In this document: positions 36,782 to 50,600 of the stretch, in pieces
Layout of the letters: every line of letters starts with the position of its first letter
How positions within the stretch are numbered: the stretch's first letter is position 1
Source of the DNA: Lama glama
Taxonomy: Eukaryota
Assembly (NCBI GenBank): GCA_028534125.1
Contig: CM052817.1
Span: 26,290,001-26,354,000, forward strand
Length of the DNA stretch: 64,000 bases
Direction of reading: 5' to 3'
Translations under genes and position numbers: made by a program
Notes under the pieces: model-generated
Told to the model about the DNA's origin: nothing
The model's input: the letters and a program-made list of their open reading frames with translations, nothing else
Databases searched by the model: none

Positions 36782-37867
36782 GGGAACCCCCATAAGCCTC
36801 TCAGCTCATTTCTCTACACAAACACTACAGGCCAGAAGGGAGTGGCAAAATATATTCAAAGTCCTGTATGAAAAAAAGATGCAGCCTAGCATACTCTATC
36901 CAGCAAGGTTATCCTTTAGAATAGGAGAGATAAAGAACTTCACAGACAAGCAAAAACTAAGAGTTTCACAACACTACGCTAAAACCATGTAAAAGAAATA
37001 TTGACAGGTCTACTTTAAATAGAAATGAAGCAGGATGCTACAAAAATGAGAAACTCGTAACTGGAAAGGAGATAACTGTCATGAATTACAAAAAGAATAA
37101 ACACAAAATAGTGAAAGAAGACATCTAAATTAGTAAGAGTGGGAGAGGGAAGCAAGGAAAGCCACTGTGGAAAACAGTATGGAGATTCCTCAAAAGACTA
37201 GGAATAGACTTACCATATGACCCAGTCATCCCACTCCTGAGCATATATCCAGAAAGAACCCTACTTCAAAATGACACCTGCACCCCAGTGTTCATAGCAG
37301 CACTAATTACAATAGCCAAGACATGGAAACAGCCTAAATGTCCATCAAAAGATGACTGAATAAAGAAGATGTGGTACATTTATATGATGGAATACTATTC
37401 AGCCACAAAAACTGACAACATAACACTATTTGCAGCAATATGGATGTTCCTGGAGAATGTCACTCTAAGTGAAGTAAGCCAGAAAGAGAAAGAAAAATAT
37501 CTTATGAGATCACTCATATGTGGAATCTAAAAAAAAATAAATAAATAAATAAATACAAAACAGAAACAGACTCATAGACATAGAATACAAACTTGTGGTT
37601 GCCAAGAGGGCGGGGGGTGGAAGGGGACAGACTGGGATTTTAAGATGCAAAATAGATAAACAAGATTATACTGTATAGTACAGGGAAATACATACAAAAT
37701 CTTGTGGTAGCTCATAGTGAAAGAAAAAAATGTGACAATGAATATATGTATGTTCATGTGTAACTGAAAAATTGTGCTCTACACTAGAATTTGACACAAC
37801 ATTGTAAAATGACTATTACTCAATAAAAAAAAATGTAAAAAAAAAGAAAAAAGAAAAGAAAAGAGAA
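36782..37867 (+). mobile_element. L1 with ORF1 C-terminus and spacer joined directly to the ORF2 3' end and 3'UTR (most of ORF2 missing)
   Basis: ORF 36540..36992 contains GTPI.LSA.FS..TLQARREW..IFKVL....QP.ILYPARLSF (ORF1p). Junction at 37160-37162. TSD aaagatattctgaa at 36768-36781 and 37868-37881. Confidence 0.9.
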
Positions 37868-38159
37868 AAAGATATTCTGAATCACTAATACTTTTGATGA
37901 CAATGACACTGTGCGGAAAAACACATGCATCAACATCTAGTCAAAAATAAGGTTTAGAAGGGTCAAACTCTGAATGTGACGATTTTTAGAAGTAACAGCC
38001 AAGTTATTTCAATTTTATTTTTCCTTTTCGTATGTAAAAATATTTTTAAAAATTTGTCTAAAGGTATCTACATGAGCTCTTTCAACAAGTATACAATAAA
38101 AGTTTCTAAGTGTTACGATCACCAGATATTTTAAATGGTAATCTTTTCCTGGCAATGAG

Positions 38160-39150
38160 CTCATACTCATGGAACTGACTGGACTTTCTACCTATCCTAT
38201 CACTAACAGCTAGCTTGACAGTACAGTGGAATGTCCTGCTGTTATAAAACCATTTGAGAACAACACCATGATAGAGTGAGGCGGTATTTTATTGGCTGTG
38301 ACATAGGTTGTAAACTTGTGATCACTAAATAAATTATGCTACTTTTCCCACAGTACATGGGTCTGGAAATGGAAATCAAAATGCTTCCATTCACTATTAT
38401 ATCTAATATCCTACTCCAAGAATTTTTGCTTTCATACCTAAAACGTCTGGTCTGCCAGTTTAGAGGTTTTGGTTTTCATGAGAAGACTGTTTCTCTTATA
38501 GGAAACAACAGTTCCACTAAAGTTGAGATTGCCACCTGACTGTTCTAGGTTGTTCAAGCCAATGAAACAACAGGTAAAAAGGATTTTAGTATAATGGCTG
38601 GTGTGACTCATCCCAACTATGAGAAAACTAGGTTGCTACTATGTAATAGGGACAGGAAGGAGTATGTCTGGAACTCAGCAGATGGGCTAGTACAGTATTT
38701 CTCAAACCACTGGTGATAAAAAATAAGCTGTGGCTTTTTAAAAAATTCCAACACAATTATAGAATAAAAATAATACTCTTAGAGATTGTAGCCATGGCAA
38801 ATTGCCTATTACCATTTCAACGGTTTCAATTTACTCTTAATTCCTGCATTCATCCTATTGTGAACTATCACCACACTCTCCATAGCTAAGGCACTTCTTA
38901 GGATTTCTGCATGCAATAAATATTCAAAGTTTGTAGGAAAGGACAGTGTCTTAATAAAGTCAAAATCCCTAAGGGCTTCAGTTAGACCCATTCAGAATGA
39001 AGGTAAGGACAACCTACCAAGTTAAAAACAAAACAAAACATGACCAGCCTGGCTGAAGAACTAAGTGAAGGCGAAAGAAACAGAATGGACTGTGGAAGAA
39101 TGAAATTAAGGCTCTATGACCAATATAAAAATGAGGTCTATAAGCAGCGA
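38160..39150 (+). mobile_element. Decayed ERVL internal fragment (3' pol/dUTPase region)
   Basis: gttccactaaagttgagattgccacctg...ggctggtgtgactcatccc...aggaaggagtatgtctggaac resembles ERVL-int. Confidence 0.6.
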
Positions 39151-39271
39151 TGGAATCCTATTGTCCCTGCTTGTTTACGTCTGTGTTAACTAAGTTATTC
39201 TTCCTTTCCTCCTCTCTCCTCCTAGTTATTTTAGACAGAGATTGTCAGTGGTGGTTTCTAATTTACGTGTT

Positions 39272-39587
39272 TAGGGATTCGCAAACTTTTTCTATAAGGA
39301 CAAGAAAGTAAATGTTTTGGGTTGTGCAGGCCATGCAGTTTCTGTCATAACCAGTAACACACACACAATATGTAAAGAAATGAGCATGGCTGTGTTCCCA
39401 CAGAGCTTTACAGCCTATGAAATTTGAATCCCATCTAATTTTCAGGTATCACAAAATATTATTATTCTTTTGATTGCTCTCCCTCACCCCTCAACCACTT
39501 AACAGAAAAACAACTCTTTGCTTCCAAGCCTACAAAAACAAACAGCAGGTCAGATTTGGCTTGTAGGCCGTAAGTGTGCCAACCCCT
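39272..39587 (+). mobile_element. MER58B-like MITE
   Basis: gcaaactttttctataagg...gtaaatgttttggg...catggctgtgttcc...cagatttggc...gccaacccctg. Confidence 0.72.
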
Positions 39588-40029
39588 GAGTTACCCCTGA
39601 GTTAGACTATTCAGATGGAGTAGTGTTTTAACTAAAAAAGCAATTAACATCATCCAGAACTGGCTATTTGTCACCTAGGGATTACATACCATGCCTATTG
39701 AGACCATCTGGAAAGAGGTGAGAATATTCTCATTTTTAAAAGAACGTTAGCTGTGTCTTGTTAGATGAAAACATGAAATAATTATCCTAGTTCTATGGAA
39801 GTTCAAATATCAGAATAGTATGCTAATTATTTACATAGTGTCTCTCAACCCCAAATCCACCCTTTTATACACTGTTCTCTGAAGTTGAGATTGGGATTCT
39901 GGAAAATGCATTGCCCAGACTTCTCTGATAGGAAGAGTGATTAGAAGACAGGAAGAAGAAAAAGGGACTTCCTTCTTGTTTTTCTTACTCTTCCCATGAA
40001 TGTCACTCTAGCAGTCTTTAGCTTCTTTC

Positions 40030-40875
40030 AGCACTCATCATCCCTTAATTGACAGTATTTGTTGTTAATATTTTAAACACCAAATGACTTTAGAAAGTAG
40101 CTTTGGCTGCAGGTGTGGTTTCTCAATGAATTCAAACTGCAACTAGAACGCTGTTAACCATATAAATGTGAAACTTCAACAAGTAACATCTATCCATTAA
40201 ATCATAAGAAATGTCAAGCTCCTTCTTCCTGTGCTGCCAAAAGTTACAACAAAAACTGAGATCTGCATTTCCAAGCCCAAACTGCAATTCCAGCAGAATT
40301 TTTAGGATCTCAGTGCATACGCACAGAAAATTTCCACATTTTAAAGTCCATTTCAAATTGCAGTTGAGAACTTCCATCTAACCCTTCAATTGGAAGCTAT
40401 TAATCTGCAATGTAATGAAATGCTAAAATGCAATCATCAAGAGAAGAATATAAAAGAATTCTATAAACGTCTTTCTAAGCAATGAATATGCTCAATTAAA
40501 ATCATATTTTCATGAACTGATATTAATGTTTGGGAGTATTTATGTGAAAAAATATTTTCAAATGAAATACACTACATTTCATTACAGATCAACATTAACA
40601 GGTGAACATCTGAAATAAACCCTGGTAACAGGGAACTGTGACTTTGAACCCCAATTAAGTAAAATGTTACTTCCACACCTCCTCCCCTAAAGAATTCCAT
40701 TCTTCTCATCAGCAGACCTGCATTAAAAAAAATTTACTGAATTGTTATTACGTTTTGAATTTAAAAAAAATTGTTCTTATGGTGTAAGCACCTATACAGT
40801 ATCCTCTTGACCCACAAAGCATACAGTATTTACTATCTGGCCCTTCATAGAAAAAAAAAAATCTACCAATTCTGG
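40030..40875 (+). mobile_element. hAT-Charlie (Cheshire-like) transposon 3' fragment with transposase remnants
   Basis: Decayed hAT dimerisation-domain coding (FGS..YRSTLT.EHL, ~40530-40612) followed by a MER58-type terminus (tatttactatctggccctt). Confidence 0.6.
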
Positions 40876-43601
40876 GTAAATACCCAAGATAAATGAATCC
40901 TTACCTCTACCAAAAACCACAGACACTGTTCATAGAAGTGTTATTCATAAAAGCAAAAAACTATTAACCTAAATATCTATCAATAATAGTATGGAAAAAT
41001 AAACCAATATATTCACACAATGAAAAGAATCACTGCAACTCAAAAACTATGAATGAATCTCAGACATAATACTTAGCAAAAGAGTCAGACACAAAACAGT
41101 ATAGACTGCATGATTTCATTTATATGAATTTGATGGCAAAATTAATGTATGTTGATGAAGATCAGACGAGTATCTATTTCTGGGGAAGGGAACCTAAGGC
41201 AGCCTGCTGGAGTGCCACAAATGCTCTGCATCTTGATCTGGATAATGGCTACATGTGTATATGTACATAAAAGTTAATAAAATGTTACACTTAAGGTTTA
41301 TGAACTTCATGTAAAAAATTACACATTTAAAAAAGAGGAAACACACACAGTTAATGCCATGTAGATCATTTCCCATGTCCCTGTGACTTTATATTTTTCA
41401 GGCTGTACCTGTGGCTGAAGATGACAGAAGAAAAAGTCAGTAAATTTGAGAACAAATCATGTAGGAATCAAATTTGAGGAGCAACAGAGAGAAATGACCG
41501 AAAAAAGTAACAGAGCCTCAGTGACATGAGGGCAATATAAAAAAGAATCTAACATATGTATAAGTGGATTGTTGAAAGAGAAGAGAAAGGGGGAAGAAAA
41601 AAACAAACAAACAAACAAAAAACCCTGAAGATATAATGGACCAAAAATTTCCCAAAGTTGGTGAAAGACATAAGTTTATAGATCCAGGAAGCTCAGTGAT
41701 TCCAAAGCAGGACAAGTATGAGGGAAACACAAACCTCAGGGCATCACAGTGAAACTGCTGTGAAACTGCAGTGAAATCAAAGAGAAAGAAATACCATGAA
41801 GTATACTGACAAATGCAACTTACTCTGAAATACATTTTAAAAACAGGATGGATAAGCAGGTGTATGCATACACATACACACATGATAAAGTAAAATATAG
41901 CAAATCCAGCTCAAACAGATAAGAATTGATTTAATCCCTCACACCAACAACCTGACAAGAGAAAAGATATGTTTATTTCTGTGCATAAATGCTATCTACC
42001 TCAGTCTTTACTATTGTTTTTTTAATATATATGTCCATCATTCAATCAAAAACAGGAGGCAGTGTATGGGAAAGAGATAAATAAGTCAACAGAAGCAGAC
42101 TTAGCACTGGCCCAAGTGCAAAAGCTATTAGACAGGTATGTTAAAATAACTATAATTAATACATTAAAAGATATAATGGGAAAAGGACACCATGCATTAA
42201 CAATGGGGAATTTCAGCACAGAAATGGAAACTATCAAACAGACTAGAAGCACAGTAGAAGAAAAAATATGGAAGAAATATTTGAAGGGATAAAGGTTGAG
42301 TATACAAAAATACTAAAAAATAAATTTTACATCTAAGAAACTTAAGAGAAGAGCAAACAAAATAAATACAAAGAAAAACATAAAAAGCACATTGTAGTCA
42401 AAAAAGGGGGAAATCCTGAGAGCAGCCAAAGAAGAAAGTAATCTCTATTACTAGGGGAATAGGGCAATTTACCATTTGAAATGTTCTAATTAATTATATT
42501 TCAAACACTGCCAATTTGCAAATAATTAAAAGTAAAGTGATAAATAATAAAGCCACAAAAATATTTTATTTTTAATAATTCAGAAGTCTGGCAGCAATCA
42601 CATCACATATGTAAATAAGAATGATTAGTCTTGGAATACCACACACTATTGAAAATGCAAAACAGATCAATGTTTATGAACCCTCCTGTTTTGGAAAAAG
42701 TAAAACTCTTATTAGTAAATTTACACATACTTCCAATTCAACTTGAATTTTTAAAAAATTCCAACATGCTGTATTTGTAACAGTCAGCTCAAATTAGGAA
42801 GACTAGGATGGAATGAGATTTCATTTGGAAACCGAGAATGTCTGCTTTCATAAGTAAATAACCCCAAATGCAAGTGCTTGTAAGCCATTAATTTTAGAGA
42901 CTACTTTTGTTAAATTACATTTTAAAAACTACTAGTTAAACTATGTAACAGAAATGTAGATTAATAGAGTTCTAAATAATAGATTGCCACCAGATAAAGT
43001 AAAAGAGGTCATGGTATATATAGTTGCATGCCTTCCAAATAAATTCAAATGTTTTCAGGGTAGAGCTAAGTTTAAAATAATTGGGGAATAATTTAAACTG
43101 TTTCTGGGCAGAATTTAAACTTACTGTAAAACATCCTATAACTAATTTTACAAGTCATTTTTAAACAAAATTTTTGAGAACAGTTAATAGGAAATTTAGC
43201 AATAAGGAAAGTAAAATAAATTTCTGGGATTCTCAGCGCATATTCTTTGTATCAAGATCACCTGAAGGGCTTATTTAAAATGAGGGAAAAAAAGGGGGGG
43301 GGGGGAAATGCAGAAATTGAGCCCACTTCTAAACTAGTAAATCGGCTTAGGGGAGGGAGAAATTACCAGGTATCTGAGTATTAATAAAAACATCAGATGA
43401 AATTTAAGAATTCTAAAAGTTTGAGAACTGCTAATCTAGGTTAAAGCATGCTAATTATCTTCAAGATTTAAAATCTTCTTCATCCGCTTAAAATGAGTAA
43501 ATTTGGTACTCAGAGCTCTACCTTGGCCAACCAAGAAAAGCTCAAATCAGGAAATATTAAGAGGATAATAGTTCTAACTTCTATAAAGAACATAAGCAAT
43601 A

Positions 43602-46174
43602 CAGGTGTATCTCATTTTACTGACCTTCACTTTTTTTGTTGTTTTTTGGGGCGTGGTGGTAACTAGGTCTATCTACATCTATCTGTTTATTTATTTTTTA
43701 ATGTAAAGTACTAGGGAACCTAGGACCTTGTTCATGCTGAGCATGCACTCCACCACTGAGCTATACCTTCCCCCCACTATTGCACTTCATTTTATTGTGC
43801 TTTGTGGATATTGTTTTTTTTTTAAACAAATTGAAGGTTTGTGCCAACTCTGTGTTAAGTAAATCTAATGGTGCCATTTTTCCAACAGTGTTTCCTCACT
43901 TCATGTCTCTCTGTCACATTTTGGTAATTCTAGCCATATTTTAAACTTTTTTCACTATTATTATATTTGTTACAGTGATCGGTGATCAGTGATCTCTGAT
44001 GTTACTATTGTAATTGTTTTGGGGTGCTACAAACTGCACTCATACAGGACTATGAATCTAATCAATAAATGTTGTGTATGTTCTGACTGCTTCAGGAACC
44101 GGGGGCTGCTGCCTGCCCCCACCCCCTTCCTAGGACCTCCTTATTCCCTGATACACAACATTGAAATTAGCCTAATTAATAATCCTACAATGGCCTCTAA
44201 GCCTTCAAGTGAAAGGAAGAGTAGCCCATTGCTCACTTTAAATCAAAAGCTAGAAATAATTAAGCTTAGTGAGGAAGGCATGTGGAAAGCTAAGACAGGA
44301 CAAAAGCTAGGTCTCTTGTGCCAGCTAGCCAAGTTCTGAATGCAAAAGAAAAGTTCTTGGAGGAAATTTAAAGTGCTACTCCAGTGAACACATGAATAAT
44401 AAGAAAGTGAAATAGCCTTATTGCTAATGTGGAGAAAGTTTTGGTGGTCTGAATAGAAGATCAAACCAACCACAACATTTCCTTAAATCAAAGCCTAATC
44501 CAGAAGAAAGTCCTAACTCTCTTCAATTCTATGAAGGCTGAGAGAAGAAAGGAAACTGCAGAAGAAAAATCTGAATCTAGACGAGGTTGGCTCATGAGGT
44601 TTAAGGAAAGAAACTGTCTCCTAACATAAAGGAAAGGAGAAATGGCAAGTGCTGATTTTAGAAGCTGCAGCAAATTATCCAGCAGCTCTAGCTAAGATAG
44701 TTATGAAGGTGGCTACACTAAACAACATATTTTCAACACAGATGCAACAGCGTTCTATTGGAAGAAGATGCCAAGTAGAACTTTTGTAACTACAGAAAAG
44801 TCAATGCTTGGCTTCAACAGATAAGCTGACTCTCTTGTTAGGGGCTAATGCAGCTTGCAACTTTAAGTTGAAGCCATTGCTCATTTACCATTCTGAAAAT
44901 CCTAGGGCCCTTATGAGTTATGCTAACTCTACTCTGCCTGTGCTCTATAAATGGAACAACAAAGCCTAGATGACAGCACATCTGTTTACAAAATGGTTTA
45001 CTAAATATTTTAAACCCGCTCTTGAGCTCGTCTGCTAAGAAAAAAAAAAACTTTCAAAACATTATTGCTCATTGACAATGCACCTGGTCACCCAAAAAGC
45101 TCTGATGGAGATGTGCAATGCAATTAATTTTGTTTTTATGCCTGCCAACAAACCATTCTGCAGCCCATGGGTCAAAGAGTAATTCTGACTTTCAAGTTTT
45201 ATTATTTAAGACAATATTAACATTTCATGGGCCAAAGCTGATATAGATAGTGATTCCTCTGATGGATCTGGACAAAGTAGACTGAAAACTTTCCGGAAAG
45301 GACTCATCGTTTTGGATGCCATTAAGAACACTGGTGATTCATGGGAAGAGGTCAAAATTACAACATTAACAGGAGTTTGAAAGAAGCTGATTCCAACCTT
45401 CACGAAAGACTTTGAAAAGTTCAAGACTTCAGTGGAGGAAATAACTGCAGATGTAGTAGAAATAGTAAGAAAACTAGAATTAGAATGGAGTATGAAGATA
45501 TGACTGAATTGCTGCAAGCTTATGATATTCAAAGATGAGGAGCTGCTTCTTATGGATGACCAAACAAAGTGGTTTCTTAAGATGGAATCTACTCCTGGTG
45601 AAGATGCTATAAAGCTTGTTGAAACTACAATAAAGGATTTAGAATATTACATAAACTTAGTTAATAAAGCAGTGCAGGGTTTCAGAGGAATGACTCAAAA
45701 TTTTGAAAGAAGTTCTACTGTGAGTAAAATGCTATCAAACGGCATTGCAAGTTACAAAGAAATCGTTCATGAAAGGAAGAGTTGTGAAAGAAAAGAGTCA
45801 TGAAAGGAACAGTCAATCAATGTGACAAACTTCACTGTCGTATTTCAAGAAATTTTCACAGCCACCCAAACCTTCAGCAACTATCACCCTGTCATCAGCA
45901 GCCACCAACATTGAGGCAAGACCCTCAACCAGCAAAAAGATTGTGACTTGCTGAAAGCTCAGATGGTTAGAATCTTTTAGCAATAAAGCATTTTAAAATT
46001 AAAATATGCACATTTTTTACATAATGCTACTGCACACTTAATAGGCAACTGTATAGTGTACACATAACTTTTATATGCACTGGAAAACCAAAAAATTCAT
46101 TACTGCTTCATTTTGATATTCACTATATTGTAGTGGTCTAGAACCAAACCTGCAATACTTCTGGGTTATGTTGG
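43602..46174 (+). mobile_element. Essentially full-length, decayed Tigger1 (pogo-family DNA transposon)
   Basis: TA-flanked ends, ~2.4 kb once the SINE is removed. Transposase start MASK.SSERKS...LTLNQKLE.IKLSEEGM in ORF 43989..44339. DDE-region remnants (ttgctcattgacaatgcacctggtcaccc, ctgcagcccatgg.tcaa). Reading frame broken. Confidence 0.9.
43631..43776 (-). mobile_element. tRNA-derived SINE (vic-1-like) inserted in the 5' end of Tigger1
   Basis: Reverse-complement head (gcatgcactccaccactgagctatacc) with a T-rich tail on the left. Confidence 0.8.
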
Positions 46175-49089
46175 TACATAAACAACAAACATTTGGGATT
46201 TTCCATGCTAAAAAAATATATATAGGAAGATAGGAGGGATAAATAGGCAGAACACAGAGGATTTTTAGGGCAGTGAAAATGTTATTATAATGATGGATAT
46301 GTGTCATTACACATTTGTCCAAACCCATATAATACCAAAAGTAACCCTAAATTAAAATATGAACTTTTGGTGACTATGGTATGTCAGTGTAGGTCCATTG
46401 TTGGTAACAAATGTACCATTCTGATGAGTGACATTGATAAGGGAAGGCTATACATGTGTGGGATAAGGAGACATAGGGGAAATCTCTATACCTTCCTCTC
46501 AATTTTGTTGTGAAACTAAAACTTTTCTAAATAGATCCCTAAAAATATATATATACATATACATATACATATATGTATATGTATATATATATGTTTTAAA
46601 GGATTACTTAATGAAATGGATGTACTCATGCTATATTGGTTAATGAAAATTTAAAAAATAGGGATATGGATGTTGGGTGATGATGACATGTTAATGTTGA
46701 TTCATCAATTGTAACAAACATCAATCTGGTGCTGGATGTGATAGGGAGGAGATGGGGTGGGGTTGCTGGGAACTTCACTGTCCACTTAATTTTGCTGTGA
46801 ACTAAAACTGCTTTTAAAAAATAAGTCCATTAAAAAGAAAGCACTAACAACTGAACAATAAACAAAGAAGTATAGAAAAACAGAAACAACTGAGATAGCA
46901 GCAGTACGTTATAATCCAAAAAAAACTGATTAAGATATCAACTAAAGGATGAGAACTGAATATAGTAGATACAATTAGATAACATTACTTCCAAGAGTAA
47001 TTTTCATTTTATTACTGCCTGATGATTTTTATCACTTTCTTCAAAGCTATTTAGGTATATACTTCAAGAAAACCATTTTCTAAACTTCTGGCAGAAACAA
47101 AGTAGTCTTCTTATATATATTGACTCTATGAATCTTAAGTTAAACACTTATTCCATGATTTTCTTATTGCAGATGAGAAATTCACCTCTACTTACTTTAC
47201 AGTGGCTAGATGAAGGATATTCAATTAACAAACACAGGAAATTACACATGGCCACTGAACTTAAATTTTCAAGTATTAAACAAAATAATTTGGCATCAAA
47301 TTACTATTAATGTTTATTTGAACTCCTACCATAGAAATATTAGGAAATTTTGGAAAAACATGCATTGAATATATATAATAAAAATCCAGTTCATGTTGTA
47401 ATAATCTAGTACATAAAATTCTACTAACCACTATTAAATTTTACTCTTCCACAGCCTTAAGTGTCATATGACTAAACTCTTAGCAACTAACAGATTCATT
47501 CAGACAGTATCAATTAGAAATGAATTACTGTTCAACCAAAATGCTATCTGGTCTGGACATGAGGATAAAAAGACCCCACAAATTGGCATCAAAGAAAAGG
47601 TGGTGTTCATGTGTTTAAGAAACTCCTTGGTCACTTAGCTTTACTGATCATGCAAAACCACAACTTAGACACATCACTCTTCAGCTCTGAGGTTTTTTGT
47701 TTGTTTTTTTTAATTCAAATTCCTCTCTTTGGCATTTAAAGATTTTAACAATTTCATTGGTATCTTCCTCTTTTTTCTCCCAACTACTCTCTAAGATGCT
47801 TGAGCTCTAGCAAAATTATTCTACTTATTTTCTTCAGACACACCAAGCACACTTCTGCCTCTCAGTCTTTGTCCCTGCTATTCAGCTGTTTGTAATGTTC
47901 TGCAGCCTCTTTGCTTACCAAAGTCTAAGCCTTCAACTCTCAGTCCAAATGTCAGCTTCCCCGTGAAACTTTTGACCACCAAAATTCTTAGTATCTCTTT
48001 ATCCAAAGAAACAGATACAATCCTAGCATACAACTGGCACTTAACTACAATAAGTTATATGATAATCTCAAATATCCTTCATATAAACAAAATCCATTCC
48101 AATGTTATTTCTAGTATAAATCCAGTTTTCTAAGGGACTCATGCTATTTAAGGACTAGTTTTATCAGCACCAATCATAGTGCCCCTACTCTGACAGAAAG
48201 TTTTAAGTGTTTGATCTTAATGATAATCTTATAATATAAAAAACAACACACATATGACCGTTCCCAACTTTTAAATATTACATAATATACAAAAAACGAT
48301 ATAATATCTGCAATGTCCAAATGAGAGGAACTTTATATTCAGGCATTCCTCTAACTGTGTAGAAGCATACGAGTTGGGAAGCTCTGCATTAATGCAAAAG
48401 ACCAAATGCCAACAGCAAGGGAAAGAAATTTAATAAACTCCTTTGTTATGTTTGCATTCAGCTTTCTATTGCAACAGTTACCTAGAAACTTCTCTATTTG
48501 TTGTCTTCAGCAAATAAAAATTTGTTAGGCTTTTATATCATCTATAAACTACACTCATTTTATCTTTCTGACCAGGGAACTCAACTGAACATACTTCCAT
48601 GTGCCAACAATCTCAGCCAAAGTAGTATTTAAATTGAACAATTAACTCCGAAAACAGAAGCTACCAGGAACAAAATTCATTAAATGTCCTTAAACTTAAT
48701 GTGAGCACCAATTAGTTTTTTCTTTTGGACATCTACATATTTCTGATACTGGGAAAATAAATCATGGCACTGCTATTTCTACATGTCAATGCCGTTTATT
48801 CATGTATGATTTTTAATAAGCCTTCACCTAATTTCTTTTAAACTCAAGATCTTGAATTAAGCCCCAAGTGAGGCTTGATGACTTCAACATTATGTATGTT
48901 ACAATAATTTTGTCTTCATCTCCACCCCACCCTCATTTTTTTAAACAAACTAAAAAAAAATCACTAATTCCTTTTGAGTTTTTAAGGAAATCTAAATAGG
49001 GTTCTTACCTCTCTGAACTTCAACACAGCACTATATTTAATCATTTTCATAAAGAACTCTTGCTGTCATGAGGCAATAAAATGGCTTTT

Positions 49090-50600
49090 TTTGCAACATA
49101 TTAATTTGCCAATTTGCCATTTTAAAAGTAGGCATTACTTGATGATACAGTATTGAGAGGCTGTGCAGTCTTATACTTGCTGGTGGAAGTATAAAATAAT
49201 ACAATCCATATTTGGTAGAATTTGACCACCTCCAACAAAATCACTCATAAATTCACTCTTTGGCCTAACAATCCCACTCCTAGGAATTTACCCTAAACAG
49301 ACACTTCCAAAAATACACAAGAATGTGTGAACAAGCTTATTCACTTGAGCATTATTTTCGATAGCAAAATATTATAAGCAATCTCAAATCAACAATGAGA
49401 CTAGTTGAATAAACTATGGTACATCTAAACTTAGAATACTGTAACACTATGAAAAAGAATAAAAAAAGATTTCCAGATACGGTGTGATTTCCAAGATACA
49501 CTGGGTGAAAAAGCAAAGTACAAATGAGTACATATAGTAGTCTATTTTTCAAAAGTAAGGGCAAAGGAGAGAAAGGATAAACCAGAAACTAATGAAAACG
49601 ATTATCTACAGTGAGTAGGTATGTGGAAATGAAGAAGGGACAAGGATGGAAATTAGATTTCTCAGAAGTCTAAGTTTTTCTATAGTTCTGACTCTTGAAC
49701 TATGTAAAATTAAATAAAAAGAATGAACAGAGTAATCCCTAAAACTGAATACAAGCACTCCTACAACTCAACAATAAAATAAGTAACCTGATTAAAAAAT
49801 GGGCAAAAGACTCGAATAAACATTTTTCTAAATAAAATACACAAATGGTCAACAAGCATGTAAAGATGATCAATATCCCTAATCATCAGGGAACTACAAA
49901 TCAAAACCACAATGAGATATTACCTCATACCTATTAGGATGGCCACTATCAAAAACACAGAAAATAACCATTGATATGGAGAAACTAGAATCCTTGGCCA
50001 CTACTGGTGAGAATGTAAAATGGTGCAGCCATTATGAAAAACAGTATGAGGGGGGTTCCTCAGAAATTTTTAAATAGGATTATTATATAATTCAGCAAAC
50101 TCAGCAACATATGTCCAAAAGAATTGAAAACAGGATCTCAAAGAGACATATGCACATCCATGTTCATTGAAGCATTATTCATAATAGCTGAGAGGTGGAC
50201 GCAACCTAAATTTTCATTATGGATTAATGGATAAAGAGAATGTGGTAGATATACACGGTGGAATATTATACAGCCCTTAAAAAGAAGGAAATCCTGTCAA
50301 ATACACTACATAGATAAACCCTGAGGATATTATGCTAAGTGAAATAAGCCAGTCACAAAAAGACAAATACCACAGATTCCACATTTATAAGTAGTCAATC
50401 TCTTAGAAATAAGCAGAATGGTGTTTGCCAAGGGCTGAGGAGGAGATGAATTCTTCAGTGGGTACAGAGTTTCAGTTTTGCAATATAAAAACGTTCTAGA
50501 TATCTGTTGTATTGAAAATATAGTTAACACCACTGTATCGTACACTTAAAAATGTCAAAGATGGTAAATCATGCTTTTTTTTCTTACCACATTTAACCAA
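49090..50600 (+). mobile_element. Old L1M 3'-end fragments (L1MB/L1ME-like)
   Basis: ctcctacaactcaacaataaa, aaatcaaaaccacaatgagata, atgctaagtgaaataagccagtcacaaaaagacaaatac. Confidence 0.75.

Noticed and set aside
36540..36992. 150-aa ORF as a novel chimeric protein
   Set aside because: Chance open frame running from flanking DNA into a truncated L1 ORF1 fragment, with no promoter or splice support.
43989..45803. TIGD1-like domesticated transposase
   Set aside because: The frame is broken into short pieces by stops and frameshifts.
46541..46597. ~30-bp palindrome as a miRNA hairpin or TIR element
   Set aside because: Made of simple TA/TACA repeats in an old L1 tail, so the symmetry is trivial.
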